Both the position numbers and the translations under genes were made by a program. From the IMG/VR virus record IMGVR_UViG_3300026442_000101: a DNA stretch of 64,000 nt. One strand, given 5' to 3'. Of the stretch, positions 1 to 9,237 are shown one piece after another. The notes beneath the pieces are model-generated. The model saw nothing but the letters and a program-made list of their open reading frames with translations. It searched no databases and had not been told where the DNA came from. How positions within the stretch are numbered: position 1 is the first letter of the stretch; each line of letters begins with the position of its first letter. Source of the DNA: a virus (Duplodnaviria; Caudoviricetes).

Positions 1-749
1 TACCTCAGAATATCGCGCATCTCTAGAAGGACCTCTCTACCGTGCATGCTCTCGTAATACTCCAGTAGACCCGGAGATCCGTGGACCTGCAACATCTCCG
101 TAGGTCTGGTTTCCATCTTCTTCAGCAGAGAGTCGTAGTCGCCATGAGCACTGGTGACGTCCTTGGCTGCATTCTTCGACATCCCAGGAATCCCTAGTGC
201 ATAGAGATGATCGGAAAACTCGATGGCGTGAGGGTCGTCGAGCATGGTCATCCAGTCCAGTGCATCGCGCATCGACATACCCACCTCGACCAAATGATGA
301 CCGCGCAGGGAATAGAGATCAGGGATGCCGCGCACCAACCCTTTGTCGTAAAGGGCCTTCACGGTTACTTGCTCGAGGGGAGCTTTCATCAGGTCGAGGT
401 ATCGCACGATCCTAGGGATTATCTGGTCACGGCAACTGTGAGACTTGGTGCACTTAAGAGAGGTCTTCCGAGGATAGGTCAGCAGTGCGCTGTTACACGA
501 CGGGCATTTGTCAGGTATGGCGGTTGGATGAGCATCGACTGGACGTTCGCATTTAATGACCGAAGTGATCTCACCGAACTTGTCGACCTCGATAGTGTCG
601 CCTACCAATACCGCGTGATAACTGAGCAGGTGAACGTTACGCAGAACCACCTGACCTTTATCGTCGAGGACGATCACCGGCTTCACGTCACCAGTGCTCG
701 CGGTCATGAACACGATGTCCGTGACCACGGCGCGTTTACCGTTTAGCAT
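1..749 (-). CDS. NAD-dependent DNA ligase C-terminal module (OB fold, C4 Zn finger, HhH) without adenylation domain; runs off window edge
   Basis: Not in the ORF track. Hand translation from ATG 749 is open to base 1: MLNGKRAVVTDIVFMTASTGDVKPVIVLD...VGDTIEVDKFGEIT...CPSCNSALLTYPRKTSLKCTKSHSC...LYDKGLVRGIPDLYSL...LYALGIPGMSKNAAKDV. In-frame TAG lies two codons upstream of the ATG. Confidence 0.75.
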   Translation of the reverse strand, partial: MLNGKRAVVTDIVFMTASTGDVKPVIVLDDKGQVVLRNVHLLSYHAVLVGDTIEVDKFGEITSVIKCERPVDAHPTAIPDKCPSCNSALLTYPRKTSLKCTKSHSCRDQIIPRIVRYLDLMKAPLEQVTVKALYDKGLVRGIPDLYSLRGHHLVEVGMSMRDALDWMTMLDDPHAIEFSDHLYALGIPGMSKNAAKDVTSAHGDYDSLLKKMETRPTEMLQVHGSPGLLEYYESMHGREVLLEMRDILR

Positions 750-1332
750 TGTCTACCGCCCTTTGCATTAGTACCGAGCTGACGAAGTGATCGACTCGGT
801 TAAATACATCTTCGTAATAGAGGTTGTACACCGGGATGAAATGCTCTACGGCAATCCGCACGGCAGTCGCCGTACCGCCTTTCACCCGACCTTGTTTACC
901 GGACGGGATAGCCCAGGTGAGCACAAAGTCCACGTTGCTGCAAAGATCGTCTCCTAGGACCTGGTACGGGTTCCTGGAATGCAGCATGATCCCCTTCTCA
1001 TAGAGGCCGTGCCAACTACCGCGCGCTAGCTCCGCAATGATCTTTGCTATGTCGTAGTTCTCAAACTTAGTAGCGTCGTAAAAACCGTTAGCTGGATCAT
1101 GATGGAGATCAGCCATTCCATCCCATGCGAGATAGATGCGGTTCTTTGACTTATCGGAAGCTTTGTGGCCGTAAGCGCCCTTTAGCGCTGCGTAGTCCAT
1201 CCCTTTAGGACAGCCTCCTGAATAAATGGCATAGCCTAGCTCTACGAGGATGTTTGTGAACCTCTTAGCGAGCAGGCATACATTGTCTGGGGTTTCCCTC
1301 GAGCCGATGACGGCAACTCGTTTGGTAGCCAC
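736..1332 (-). CDS. DprA/Smf-like SLOG-domain protein
   Basis: RVAVIGSRETP, IYSGGCPKGMDYAALKG, GRVKGGTATAVRIA motifs typical of DprA/SLOG; GTG start with GGAGG RBS. Confidence 0.75.
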   Translation of the reverse strand: MATKRVAVIGSRETPDNVCLLAKRFTNILVELGYAIYSGGCPKGMDYAALKGAYGHKASDKSKNRIYLAWDGMADLHHDPANGFYDATKFENYDIAKIIAELARGSWHGLYEKGIMLHSRNPYQVLGDDLCSNVDFVLTWAIPSGKQGRVKGGTATAVRIAVEHFIPVYNLYYEDVFNRVDHFVSSVLMQRAVDNAKR

Positions 1333-1413
1333 ATTGCCTCCAAAAGATCCTATGGGAGTGGGTCTGTTTGCTACGATCCACCGTTTCTATAATAGCTGTG
1401 GCGAGCGTGTAAA

Positions 1414-2580
1414 ATGACAGGTATTTTGAAGCAGCTATCGGCCAGTTGTATCGCTAATGTTGCCACGGATAACTACGAGGCCGAGGCTGCAAAGATCCTC
1501 CATCTGAACGACCAGATCGATCGAGCGACTCAGGCTCTCAACATCGTCAGCGGGTACGATCGTAAACTCGCCGATGGTTGGTTACCAACCACTCAGTTCG
1601 ACCGCAGCAACTACCAGCAAAGCATGGAGAGCGCAAGTGCGCTCACTTATGACTTCATGCAGCTGGACGTCGGTTACAGCACTGAGGCCTCTGAAAAGTC
1701 TCCGGGTATGCTCAAGCGTATCTGGGAATGGATCAAAGCGGCCGTTTCCAACTTGATGAAGATGATTCGCAAGTTCATGGGGCTGCAGAAGACCAAGCTC
1801 ATCCGCGTTGAGGCCGACCTCAAGAAGATGCTGGAAGCCATCGGTCGTATCGCAAAGGATAAAGCCGAGCCATTCTCCGATAGTCGCCGTCCTAACGACC
1901 CGTACGTGATCAACGCCAGTGGCGCGTTTGTTGGTACGGGGAACATTCGTTCAGGTCTGGACGCTTGTGCCAAAGCCACCAATACCATCGTCAGTAACAT
2001 CGAGAAGTTGGTGAACTTCGACGCGACATCGGTAACTCCGGTCAAGAACAAAGTCGAGACCGGCGGTATGATCCGGAGCAAGTTAGGCCTTGAGTACAAA
2101 TTCAATCTAATCGGCGAAATGAAGCTCGACATCGGCATCGCGACCGTTAACGTTGAGGGCCGTTCCGGTATGAAGCACCACACTTATACCGGCGCTGTAC
2201 TCGCAGCCTCTGCCATGAAAGAGGCCTGCCAAACTTCCCTCAAAGCCATCGATGAACTAAGCAGTGGCGAAGCCGCTGCCGTCAAGTCGCTGAATAAGTT
2301 CGATCAGCGGATCGAGGCTATTCGTAAGAAGAATTACGAAGCGCTGGGCAATCGCCACTACGATGCCATGAAGCAGAAGATGGAAGCAAACCGCCGGGGA
2401 CCTCAGGTCGATTACGACAAGCTGGAACAAGACGCCAACGTATTCAACGCCTTGACCACCATGATCGACTCTCACTGCCGTGCGATCAGTCAGACCTACT
2501 TCGCTGGGCTGACTTACCTCGGTTCGATCAAGCATTTCGTGCGCGCGAACCTCGAACAATATCGAGAGCTAGCCGAGTAA
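1414..2580 (+). CDS. Internal head (ejection) protein, phiKZ gp93-like paralogue family
   Basis: Propeptide with QSME and YSTE-ASEK sites followed by family helix GMLKRIWEWIKAAVSNLMKMIRKF. Confidence 0.7.
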   Translation: MTGILKQLSASCIANVATDNYEAEAAKILHLNDQIDRATQALNIVSGYDRKLADGWLPTTQFDRSNYQQSMESASALTYDFMQLDVGYSTEASEKSPGMLKRIWEWIKAAVSNLMKMIRKFMGLQKTKLIRVEADLKKMLEAIGRIAKDKAEPFSDSRRPNDPYVINASGAFVGTGNIRSGLDACAKATNTIVSNIEKLVNFDATSVTPVKNKVETGGMIRSKLGLEYKFNLIGEMKLDIGIATVNVEGRSGMKHHTYTGAVLAASAMKEACQTSLKAIDELSSGEAAAVKSLNKFDQRIEAIRKKNYEALGNRHYDAMKQKMEANRRGPQVDYDKLEQDANVFNALTTMIDSHCRAISQTYFAGLTYLGSIKHFVRANLEQYRELAE

Positions 2581-2623
2581 CCAAATTCTATAGCCATCCA
2601 TTCCCCTGATCAGGAAGTGAAAC

Positions 2624-4039
2624 ATGAGCATCTTCAAGCAACTGGCTGGCGCCTCGATGGAAAGCCTCGCACCGAGCGAGGAAGTCATCGCAGCCCAAGC
2701 CCAAGCCGCAGCAGCCGAAGAAGAGCGTGAAGTAATCACCCTCTCCGACGAAATCGACTCCGACATCGAAGTTATCGGTGCCATCGGTAACGACATCGAA
2801 AAATCCGCCGACGAAGTGTCCAAGGCTTCCGTAGCCTCCGGCGCTATCGAGAATCTGGTTGACCAGACCATCGAAACCTACGGCGAAGACGGCATCACCG
2901 AACAAGGTGCAGCCATCCTGCAATCCTCGATGGAATCGGTGCTCAAGGCTGCTGGCCTCGACATCCCGGTGTCCATGCTCGTCCCATCGTTCGAAAGCGG
3001 TATGACTCGTACCGACTACTCGACCGAAGCCGAAGAGAAGAAGGGCGGCGTCATCAGCCGCATCCTGAAGTGGCTGGCTGACGCCTACCACGCTGTGATC
3101 GACGGCATCAGCAACTTCTTCACCCGCTTCTTCGTTACTGCTGGTCGTGTCCAGAAGTACGTCGACAAGGTCAAAGACAAAGTCAACGCCCAGAAGGGTG
3201 ATGGCGGCGCTGGTGAGATCAGCCTGGGTGGCGAGATCCTCTTCATCGATGGCGGCAACCCTTCGGCCAGCCTGAACAAGAACGTTCAGGTCTTCCAGAA
3301 GTTCGTTCAGCGCTGGACCAGCACCTTCGGCCCTATCGCCGATATCAAGGTCGGTGGTCTGCAGGAAACCTTCAGCTCCGCTACCAACGCGATGAGCGGC
3401 ATGATGGAATCCGGCGTTACCCACCTCAAGGGTCTCGAGATCGTTCCTGGCTATTCGGTCGAGGTGTCGAAAGGCGCCAACAACGAGTTCCCGATGATCG
3501 GCGCCAAGCTGAAAGTCGAAGGTAAGGAAAAGCCGAAGGACACCAAAGTCCGTGGCGTTTCGCTGTCTGATTGCAAGTCCGGTATCGAGGTGTGCGACAA
3601 GGCACTGAAAGTCCTGGATGGCATGAAGACCAAGGTCGATGAATGGCTGAAAGATGCCAAGCGTCTGCAGAAGTGGGCGTCCTCGAATGCCTTCAACCAA
3701 AGCATGCTGGCCAAGGTTGAGGATAACGTTCACATGAAGGCTCAGCAGCTTCGTCACCGCGACATGCTGAAGTCCGTCGTCGGCGCTTCGCAGGTCATGG
3801 CTCAAGGCTGGGCACAGGCAGCTCCTCTGTTCCTGCGCTCCGTCAAGGCGCACGCCGCCTGGGTTGACCGCAGCTGCCGTGGTTCGGCTGGTCAGGACAA
3901 AGATGCTCCTGAGCTGAAGACCATCAAGCCTGATGACAACAAGGCCATCGGCTACGACGCTACCGGCAAGAAGAGCACCTCCTACGGCAACGGTAAGGAG
4001 CCTGAGAAAGAAGGCACCACTTACCAGAAACGAAAGTAA
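2624..4039 (+). CDS. Internal head (ejection) protein, gp93-like paralogue
   Basis: Acidic propeptide with ASME, SSME, PSFE, YSTE-AEEK; helix GVISRILKWLADAYHAVIDGISNFF. Confidence 0.8.
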   Translation: MSIFKQLAGASMESLAPSEEVIAAQAQAAAAEEEREVITLSDEIDSDIEVIGAIGNDIEKSADEVSKASVASGAIENLVDQTIETYGEDGITEQGAAILQSSMESVLKAAGLDIPVSMLVPSFESGMTRTDYSTEAEEKKGGVISRILKWLADAYHAVIDGISNFFTRFFVTAGRVQKYVDKVKDKVNAQKGDGGAGEISLGGEILFIDGGNPSASLNKNVQVFQKFVQRWTSTFGPIADIKVGGLQETFSSATNAMSGMMESGVTHLKGLEIVPGYSVEVSKGANNEFPMIGAKLKVEGKEKPKDTKVRGVSLSDCKSGIEVCDKALKVLDGMKTKVDEWLKDAKRLQKWASSNAFNQSMLAKVEDNVHMKAQQLRHRDMLKSVVGASQVMAQGWAQAAPLFLRSVKAHAAWVDRSCRGSAGQDKDAPELKTIKPDDNKAIGYDATGKKSTSYGNGKEPEKEGTTYQKRK

Positions 4040-4050
4040 GGGGATGGTGA

Positions 4051-5292
4051 ATGGGCGCCTCGCTGCTTAAGCAATTGTCGGCAGTGTCGGCGCCACACAA
4101 ACCTCAAGTTGATCACAGCCTCGAGAGCGCTATCGTCGAGGCTGCTGCCACCGCGGACGGCAATATCGAAAGTTTGTCTGATATTGCCGCTACGGTTAAT
4201 CAACATGTCGGGGAGATCTCGACTGGGATTTGCGTGGCGGACAGTCTGACCGACGTAGTCGACAACACCATCGCTATTTATGGCGAAGGCGGTATCGACG
4301 AACAGGGTGCTGAGCTTCTCAGGATCTCTGTGGAATCCATCCTCAAGGTAGGTGGTATAAACATCCCTGCCGAGATGGTCGCTCCTTCCTTCGAATCTGT
4401 GACCGGTAATTACTCCGCCGAAGTGGCAACCCAGAAGGGTAATGTCATTTCCAGGATCATGACCTGGCTGCACGCTGCTCTGCAATCGATCAGCGAATCG
4501 ATGAAGTCCTTCTGGCTACGCCTCACCAACAGCAGTAAGTCGGTGGAGGAGTACGCTAAGAAGGTCGCCGAGAGAGTCAAGGCCGTGGATGGCGAGTTGA
4601 AGGATCCTGCTGCTACCATCAACGTAGGTGCTGATGCGCTCTGGTTGACTGGTCGTAGCGATCATATCTCCAAGCCAGATCGCCATGTCGTGGAAACAGT
4701 GGCACGCTTCGAAGACTTCGTCGTCGAATGGCGTAACCTGTGGGGTAGCATCATCGACTTCCAGTTCCCGTCGCCGTTGAGCGATCCGAAGAACATGGAG
4801 GTGTTGAACAAGAAGCTGCATGATCTTGCCGTCTCCACCGTGAAGGGTACCAAGCCTGTCAAGATCGACATCACCGTGGGTCATGCTATCGACCTCAAGC
4901 CAGGTGCTGGCGAAGTCCCGATGCTGACTGCGACCACTAAGGTGGTTGTCAACGTGACGGTCAAAGACAAGACCGCTCCTGTGCTCACCAAGGATGAGAT
5001 GAAACACGGTATCGATACCGTGCTCGAAGCCTTCGGTGTGCTGAAGAAGCTGGAGAAGGACATGGACAAAGTGGGTCAGACCACTCTGCGTGTCTCCCGG
5101 CTGACCAAGAGCGTCTCGGTCAAAGACACCGGTGTCGAGATCAAAGAGAGTGAGCTGCGTCAAACGCTGAAGGCTCTCTCCAAGGCTTGCGGCTTCGCCT
5201 CTTGGGGCTGGACCAACGCCGTACCGTATTACCTCAAAACCCTCAAGGCTTGTGTCAAGTACATTGACGCATCGGCCAGCCGTTACTCTTGA
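4051..5292 (+). CDS. Internal head (ejection) protein, gp93-like paralogue
   Basis: HSLE, PSFE, YSAE sites; propeptide visibly similar to previous gene (NTIAIYGEGGIDEQGAELL vs QTIETYGEDGITEQGAAIL). Confidence 0.8.
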   Translation: MGASLLKQLSAVSAPHKPQVDHSLESAIVEAAATADGNIESLSDIAATVNQHVGEISTGICVADSLTDVVDNTIAIYGEGGIDEQGAELLRISVESILKVGGINIPAEMVAPSFESVTGNYSAEVATQKGNVISRIMTWLHAALQSISESMKSFWLRLTNSSKSVEEYAKKVAERVKAVDGELKDPAATINVGADALWLTGRSDHISKPDRHVVETVARFEDFVVEWRNLWGSIIDFQFPSPLSDPKNMEVLNKKLHDLAVSTVKGTKPVKIDITVGHAIDLKPGAGEVPMLTATTKVVVNVTVKDKTAPVLTKDEMKHGIDTVLEAFGVLKKLEKDMDKVGQTTLRVSRLTKSVSVKDTGVEIKESELRQTLKALSKACGFASWGWTNAVPYYLKTLKACVKYIDASASRYS

Positions 5293-5307
5293 TAGAGGAT
5301 TCACCCA

Positions 5308-6594
5308 ATGTTCGTTCATGACGACGCACTGCAACAAGCCGCGGCCCAGGCGCAACTGGAAGAGAACCCGACCGCTCTGGTCGAGTGCATGGTCGAAGAA
5401 GCAGCCGGTGAGCTGAACAACGCCGTGATCGCCGCTGACGCTTCCGGTCAGGAAGTGGTCAAGATCGCTGAAGTGACCGAATCGCTCGAGTCCTTCATCC
5501 ACGGCATCTTCGAGCAGGTTCCTGCTGCCGAGTGGAACGCCAAGGTTGCCCGTCAGTACCAGGTAGGTGTTGGCTCTATCTTCGCTGCCGCTGGCGTTCC
5601 GATGGATTCGCGGATCTACTCCGCCTCCTTCGAAGATGCTGGTAAAGAGCAGACCAACGAAGAGAACCGCGCCGAGTCCGAGACCAAGGGCAAGAACATC
5701 GTCAAGCGCATGTGGGAAGCCTTCCTGAAAGCCCTGGCGTCGCTGGCTAGCAACATCATGCTGTTCGCCGGTAAAGTCGGTAAGAGCGCCCTGGCCTGCC
5801 GTAAGGCCGGCGAGAACCTGTGGGCTCGTGCCAAGAAAGCCAAGGGCACTCCAAAGAAGGATACCTTCGACGGGGCTCCGGCTTGGGGCAAGTACCTGTA
5901 CAAGAACGGCAGTCAGGGCAAGCCGGCCGCTGCTGTTGCTTCGGCGACCTACGAGCTGATGCACGTAGCCGTTCCGACCATCGACGCTTACTCCAAGATG
6001 GCCGAAGTCTTCTCCAAGGCCGTTGCCGAAGGCGATGTGCTCGACGACGACAAGTTCTCGAAAGACCTGAAGGACATCGCCGATGAAGGTGGTGATCTCT
6101 TCGGTGGTCAGAAGCTCGAGATCGAAGTCTCCGAAGACAAGCTGGTCCCTGGTATCAAAGCCAAGATCACCAAGACTGCTCCGGCCGTCAAGGACATCAA
6201 AGTCCTGACCATCACCGAGATCAATGAACTCGGTACCGCTATCACCAACGTGGCGGACAGCATGGAGAAAGTCGAAGGTGGCGTGAAGGCTGCGGTGAAG
6301 GGTCTCGAGAAGATTCGTCGCAACATCCACAGCGCCGCGAATAAAGCGACCCCGACCCGTCTTCGTTCTTCGCAGCTGTCGGACATGATCAGCAACATCA
6401 CCTCGATGGCCAAGGTTATCCTGCCTTACTCGGCTAACCTGGTGCAGGACGCCTACAGCCACGGCTCCGCTTCGCTGAAGATGTACAAAGGCGACTCGCC
6501 GGCTGTTGAAGACAGCAAGGGCGGTGACGAGAAGGAAGTGAAGAAGGAAGAACCGAAGGCTGGCGACAAAGAGGATGGGAAGAAGGATGACTGA
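5308..6594 (+). CDS. Internal head (ejection) protein, gp93-like paralogue
   Basis: ESLE, ASFE sites; helix NIVKRMWEAFLKALASL; K/D/E-rich C-tail. Confidence 0.8.
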   Translation: MFVHDDALQQAAAQAQLEENPTALVECMVEEAAGELNNAVIAADASGQEVVKIAEVTESLESFIHGIFEQVPAAEWNAKVARQYQVGVGSIFAAAGVPMDSRIYSASFEDAGKEQTNEENRAESETKGKNIVKRMWEAFLKALASLASNIMLFAGKVGKSALACRKAGENLWARAKKAKGTPKKDTFDGAPAWGKYLYKNGSQGKPAAAVASATYELMHVAVPTIDAYSKMAEVFSKAVAEGDVLDDDKFSKDLKDIADEGGDLFGGQKLEIEVSEDKLVPGIKAKITKTAPAVKDIKVLTITEINELGTAITNVADSMEKVEGGVKAAVKGLEKIRRNIHSAANKATPTRLRSSQLSDMISNITSMAKVILPYSANLVQDAYSHGSASLKMYKGDSPAVEDSKGGDEKEVKKEEPKAGDKEDGKKDD

Positions 6595-7726
6595 TACTAG
6601 CCTGTTTCCCGAAACCCCTGCTGAGGACCTTGGTCCTCTGACCGAAGCCGAAGTAGACGGACCGATCTTCGATCCAGTTGACGACGTGCAGTTAGGCGAA
6701 AGCGTGGGCAACCTCGAGAAACTCGCTAGCATTACCGAGAGCCTGGAGTCGTACACTGCCAGGTTCTTGGATACCGTTCCTGCCGACAAGTGGACTGACA
6801 AGACCTCGGTGCAGTTTTATACCGGGGCTGGCCAGATCCTCTCGGCAGGGGGTATTGTCCTCGACACCCCACTCTTCGATCTATCCACCGAAGCGTCCGA
6901 TAAGGCCGGTATCGGCGGGGCAATGAAATCGTTCTTGGCCCGCTTGTGGGAATCCTTCCGTGGGTTGCTGGCTATGGTGGTTGACAAAGTCACCCAGCTG
7001 GTCGTCAACTACGGGAAGACTTCCAAGGCGGTCAGAAAGATGATCATGGCGATGAATAACTTGCAAGACAAGTTTCCAGACGCCAACCCGCCTAACGGCA
7101 TGTCGTTCGACATGGTTCCTTCGTGGTCTGACTACCTGATGTACAAGGGTAACCAAGTATCGGCGCGTGCTTCTCTTGAGGCCGCGATCGGTATCTTGCA
7201 GACCGAGGCTCTGAAGTGGATGGATGCCTTCATCGATCCGGCTGATGCTTGCATCAAGATGGCGTTGGGCGGTAAGCCAGTTACCATGGAGTACCTGAAC
7301 ACCATCGCAGCACCTCCTTCGAAGACCATCGAATGGCCTGGTGGTACGTCCATTGAATTTACAGTGGACCTCACCAAGCCTGGTGGTTCGATCCTGAACA
7401 CCTCAGTGAGTGTCGTGAAGAATCCTAAGCGACCTCACCGCGTAGATGTCCTGAGCGATGTCGAGATCAAACATGTGGCTGAACGCATGGAAGATCTGGC
7501 TCGCGCCATGAACCTTGTTGAGAAAGGCCTCAAGGCCCGTATCAGCACCATGCAGAGCATCCAACGCAGGATCGGGAAGGAAGCGCTGCCGGTAAGTCCT
7601 GCTGCGATCGCTTCGATGATCAAAAGCATGATTGCCGTGCCTCGCATCGTACTACCAACGTCTGGCGCACTTGCTCAGAAAGTCTTTGCGCATGCCAACA
7701 ACAGCATTCGCAGAAACGCTCGATAG
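6587..7726 (+). CDS. Internal head (ejection) protein, gp93-like paralogue
   Basis: Start set at ATG 6587 (AGAAGG RBS); TESLE shared with previous gene, LSTE-ASDK site; helix AMKSFLARLWESFRGLL. Confidence 0.75.
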   Translation: MTDTSLFPETPAEDLGPLTEAEVDGPIFDPVDDVQLGESVGNLEKLASITESLESYTARFLDTVPADKWTDKTSVQFYTGAGQILSAGGIVLDTPLFDLSTEASDKAGIGGAMKSFLARLWESFRGLLAMVVDKVTQLVVNYGKTSKAVRKMIMAMNNLQDKFPDANPPNGMSFDMVPSWSDYLMYKGNQVSARASLEAAIGILQTEALKWMDAFIDPADACIKMALGGKPVTMEYLNTIAAPPSKTIEWPGGTSIEFTVDLTKPGGSILNTSVSVVKNPKRPHRVDVLSDVEIKHVAERMEDLARAMNLVEKGLKARISTMQSIQRRIGKEALPVSPAAIASMIKSMIAVPRIVLPTSGALAQKVFAHANNSIRRNAR

Positions 7727-7727
7727 C

Positions 7728-7787
7728 AAAAAAAAAGACAGCATAGAGCAGGTGGGTTTCCCCACCTGCTCTATGTCGTTTATGCCG
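7728..7787. terminator. Intrinsic terminator between convergent genes
   Basis: 15-bp stem CATAGAGCAGGTGGG/CCCACCTGCTCTATG (7742-7775), A9 run at 7728-7736 (U-tract on minus strand), TATGCCG at 7781. Confidence 0.85.
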
Positions 7788-8256
7788 CATCCTGCTCCAC
7801 CGCACTATATCGAGCGTAATCTGGAAGGAATGCGCTCGTGTCGTAATTACGACGGATGAACGGATGAGTGAAGCTCATGTAGACACGTCCCTCAATGATG
7901 CCGCGCTTGACAAACTCAGCAGCTACCAAGCTCACGACCTCGTGGTAATCGAAGTCGATGAACTCGCGCCACTTCAGGACGATGTCGTACTCGTAGCCTT
8001 CACGTCTTGCAGTACCGATGGTGAGGATCTCTTCTGGGAAGACCACCTCATCCATTACGATATCGTAAGCGTGGAGGCTGTCGGCCATTGGGTAGAGTGT
8101 GTTCTTAGCCAGCGCTCGTGGGGCGCGTTTGATCAAACGTTTAGCGCAGTTCTGCACGGCTCTGTTATCGTCCAGATTGAGCAGTGCGGCGATTGCGAGG
8201 GTTGTGAAGATATCTTGCTTGAGTGCAGAGAGATCAGGAGTCTTCCCTTTCATCAC
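7780..8256 (-). CDS. Hypothetical protein (accessory cassette)
   Basis: 158-aa ORF, last of three overlapping minus-strand ORFs ending at the terminator. Confidence 0.6.
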   Translation of the reverse strand: MMKGKTPDLSALKQDIFTTLAIAALLNLDDNRAVQNCAKRLIKRAPRALAKNTLYPMADSLHAYDIVMDEVVFPEEILTIGTARREGYEYDIVLKWREFIDFDYHEVVSLVAAEFVKRGIIEGRVYMSFTHPFIRRNYDTSAFLPDYARYSAVEQDAA

Positions 8257-8482
8257 GGCTCCTAAGGGGTATTCGTAAGTGGGTGTTGTCGACGGTAAGG
8301 ATCAGAAGGTCTCTACCGACGGCGTAGGTGTAATCGCTAATATCTAAAGCTCGAGTGAGTTCGCTTACGGTGTGGTCCTTTAGCCAGTATTGGACTGCTA
8401 GAGAGATCACCATTGGCGCTTCATTGAAGTTTGACTTGGAAATGTTGCCGATGTCTTCGATCAGCTGGTCAGCACTGTTCAA
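8234..8482 (-). CDS. Hypothetical protein (accessory cassette)
   Basis: 82-aa ORF overlapping both neighbours. Confidence 0.5.
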   Translation of the reverse strand: MNSADQLIEDIGNISKSNFNEAPMVISLAVQYWLKDHTVSELTRALDISDYTYAVGRDLLILTVDNTHLRIPLRSRDEREDS

Positions 8483-9122
8483 GGAGCGTACTCGTAGCTA
8501 TTGCTAGCTCCGACCTCTGCACGCGCACTGTCATGGTACTGTTGATATCGGGATGATTCATTACGATGTGGTGTTTCAGGGCGTATTCGATATCCTGCCT
8601 GAAATCCCAAGGGAAGTCTGCATCCCCAGGCCCTACCACGTCTAGCACCATCTTTCTTAAGATGCCGGACTCGGTATCGAACATGACAGTTACTTGGCCT
8701 AATGTCTCCCCAGTGTCGGCCTTGAGCACATGGAGAGTCCCTTCCGGTCCATTGAAACTGAACAGTTGTTTCTCAAGATCCTTGATGAGGTTCTTGATCT
8801 TGCAGGTGTCGTTATTGAGCGAATACTCACGACACTCTTTAAGGGCGCTAGAAGCTCGTCCTTGCATTCCTATATCGAGGATGTACGATTCAACGGGTTC
8901 GACGTAATCTCCTTTAATAAGCAGGTCTGAGAGCCTTAGAAAGACCTCGTCCGTCTTGATCAATCCTTCACGGATGATCTGGTCCAAGAAATCACTGTAA
9001 TCGAATGGTTTCTTTACGGTGAACTGCTTGTGAATGATGTTCGTTCCTTCAGTTCGAACGACTAAGCTTAACATTACTCCTTGATCGACTTGCGGTCGAT
9101 CCGGTGATAGGACAACACTCAT
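8469..9122 (-). CDS. Hypothetical protein (accessory cassette)
   Basis: 217-aa ORF with GAGG RBS, downstream of promoter-like motif at 9214-9237. Confidence 0.65.
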   Translation of the reverse strand: MSVVLSPDRPQVDQGVMLSLVVRTEGTNIIHKQFTVKKPFDYSDFLDQIIREGLIKTDEVFLRLSDLLIKGDYVEPVESYILDIGMQGRASSALKECREYSLNNDTCKIKNLIKDLEKQLFSFNGPEGTLHVLKADTGETLGQVTVMFDTESGILRKMVLDVVGPGDADFPWDFRQDIEYALKHHIVMNHPDINSTMTVRVQRSELAIATSTLLEQC

Positions 9123-9170
9123 TGATTGCCACCTCGATTCTTAAAACCATCTGGGATCCCTTTCACCCAA

Positions 9171-9201
9171 CTAAAAAGAAACTGGGGCAAGATGCCCCAG
9201 T
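9171..9201 (-). terminator. Probable intrinsic terminator after structural block
   Basis: Stem ACTGGGGCA/TGCCCCAGT (9181-9201) followed on minus strand by TTCTTTTT. Confidence 0.65.
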
Positions 9202-9213
9202 GAATTCATGCAG

Positions 9214-9237
9214 GTAATGTATCACCTCAGAATTATA
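9214..9237 (-). promoter_or_regulatory. Putative phage promoter (TATAA-N12-ACATTAC)
   Basis: Minus-strand ATACATTAC resembles phiKZ early consensus TATATTAC and the recurrent ACATTAY motif in this window. Confidence 0.5.

Noticed and set aside
207-746. 179-aa plus-strand ORF
   Set aside because: Shadow of the LigA-like minus-strand ORF, which has recognisable domains
4516-6801. 761-aa antisense ORF, and similar long shadow ORFs (2588-3853, 28048-29358, 30057-31736, 33921-36047, 43530-44933, 56453-58654)
   Set aside because: They lie opposite well-supported genes whose strong codon bias removes stops from the reverse frame; no motifs or RBS
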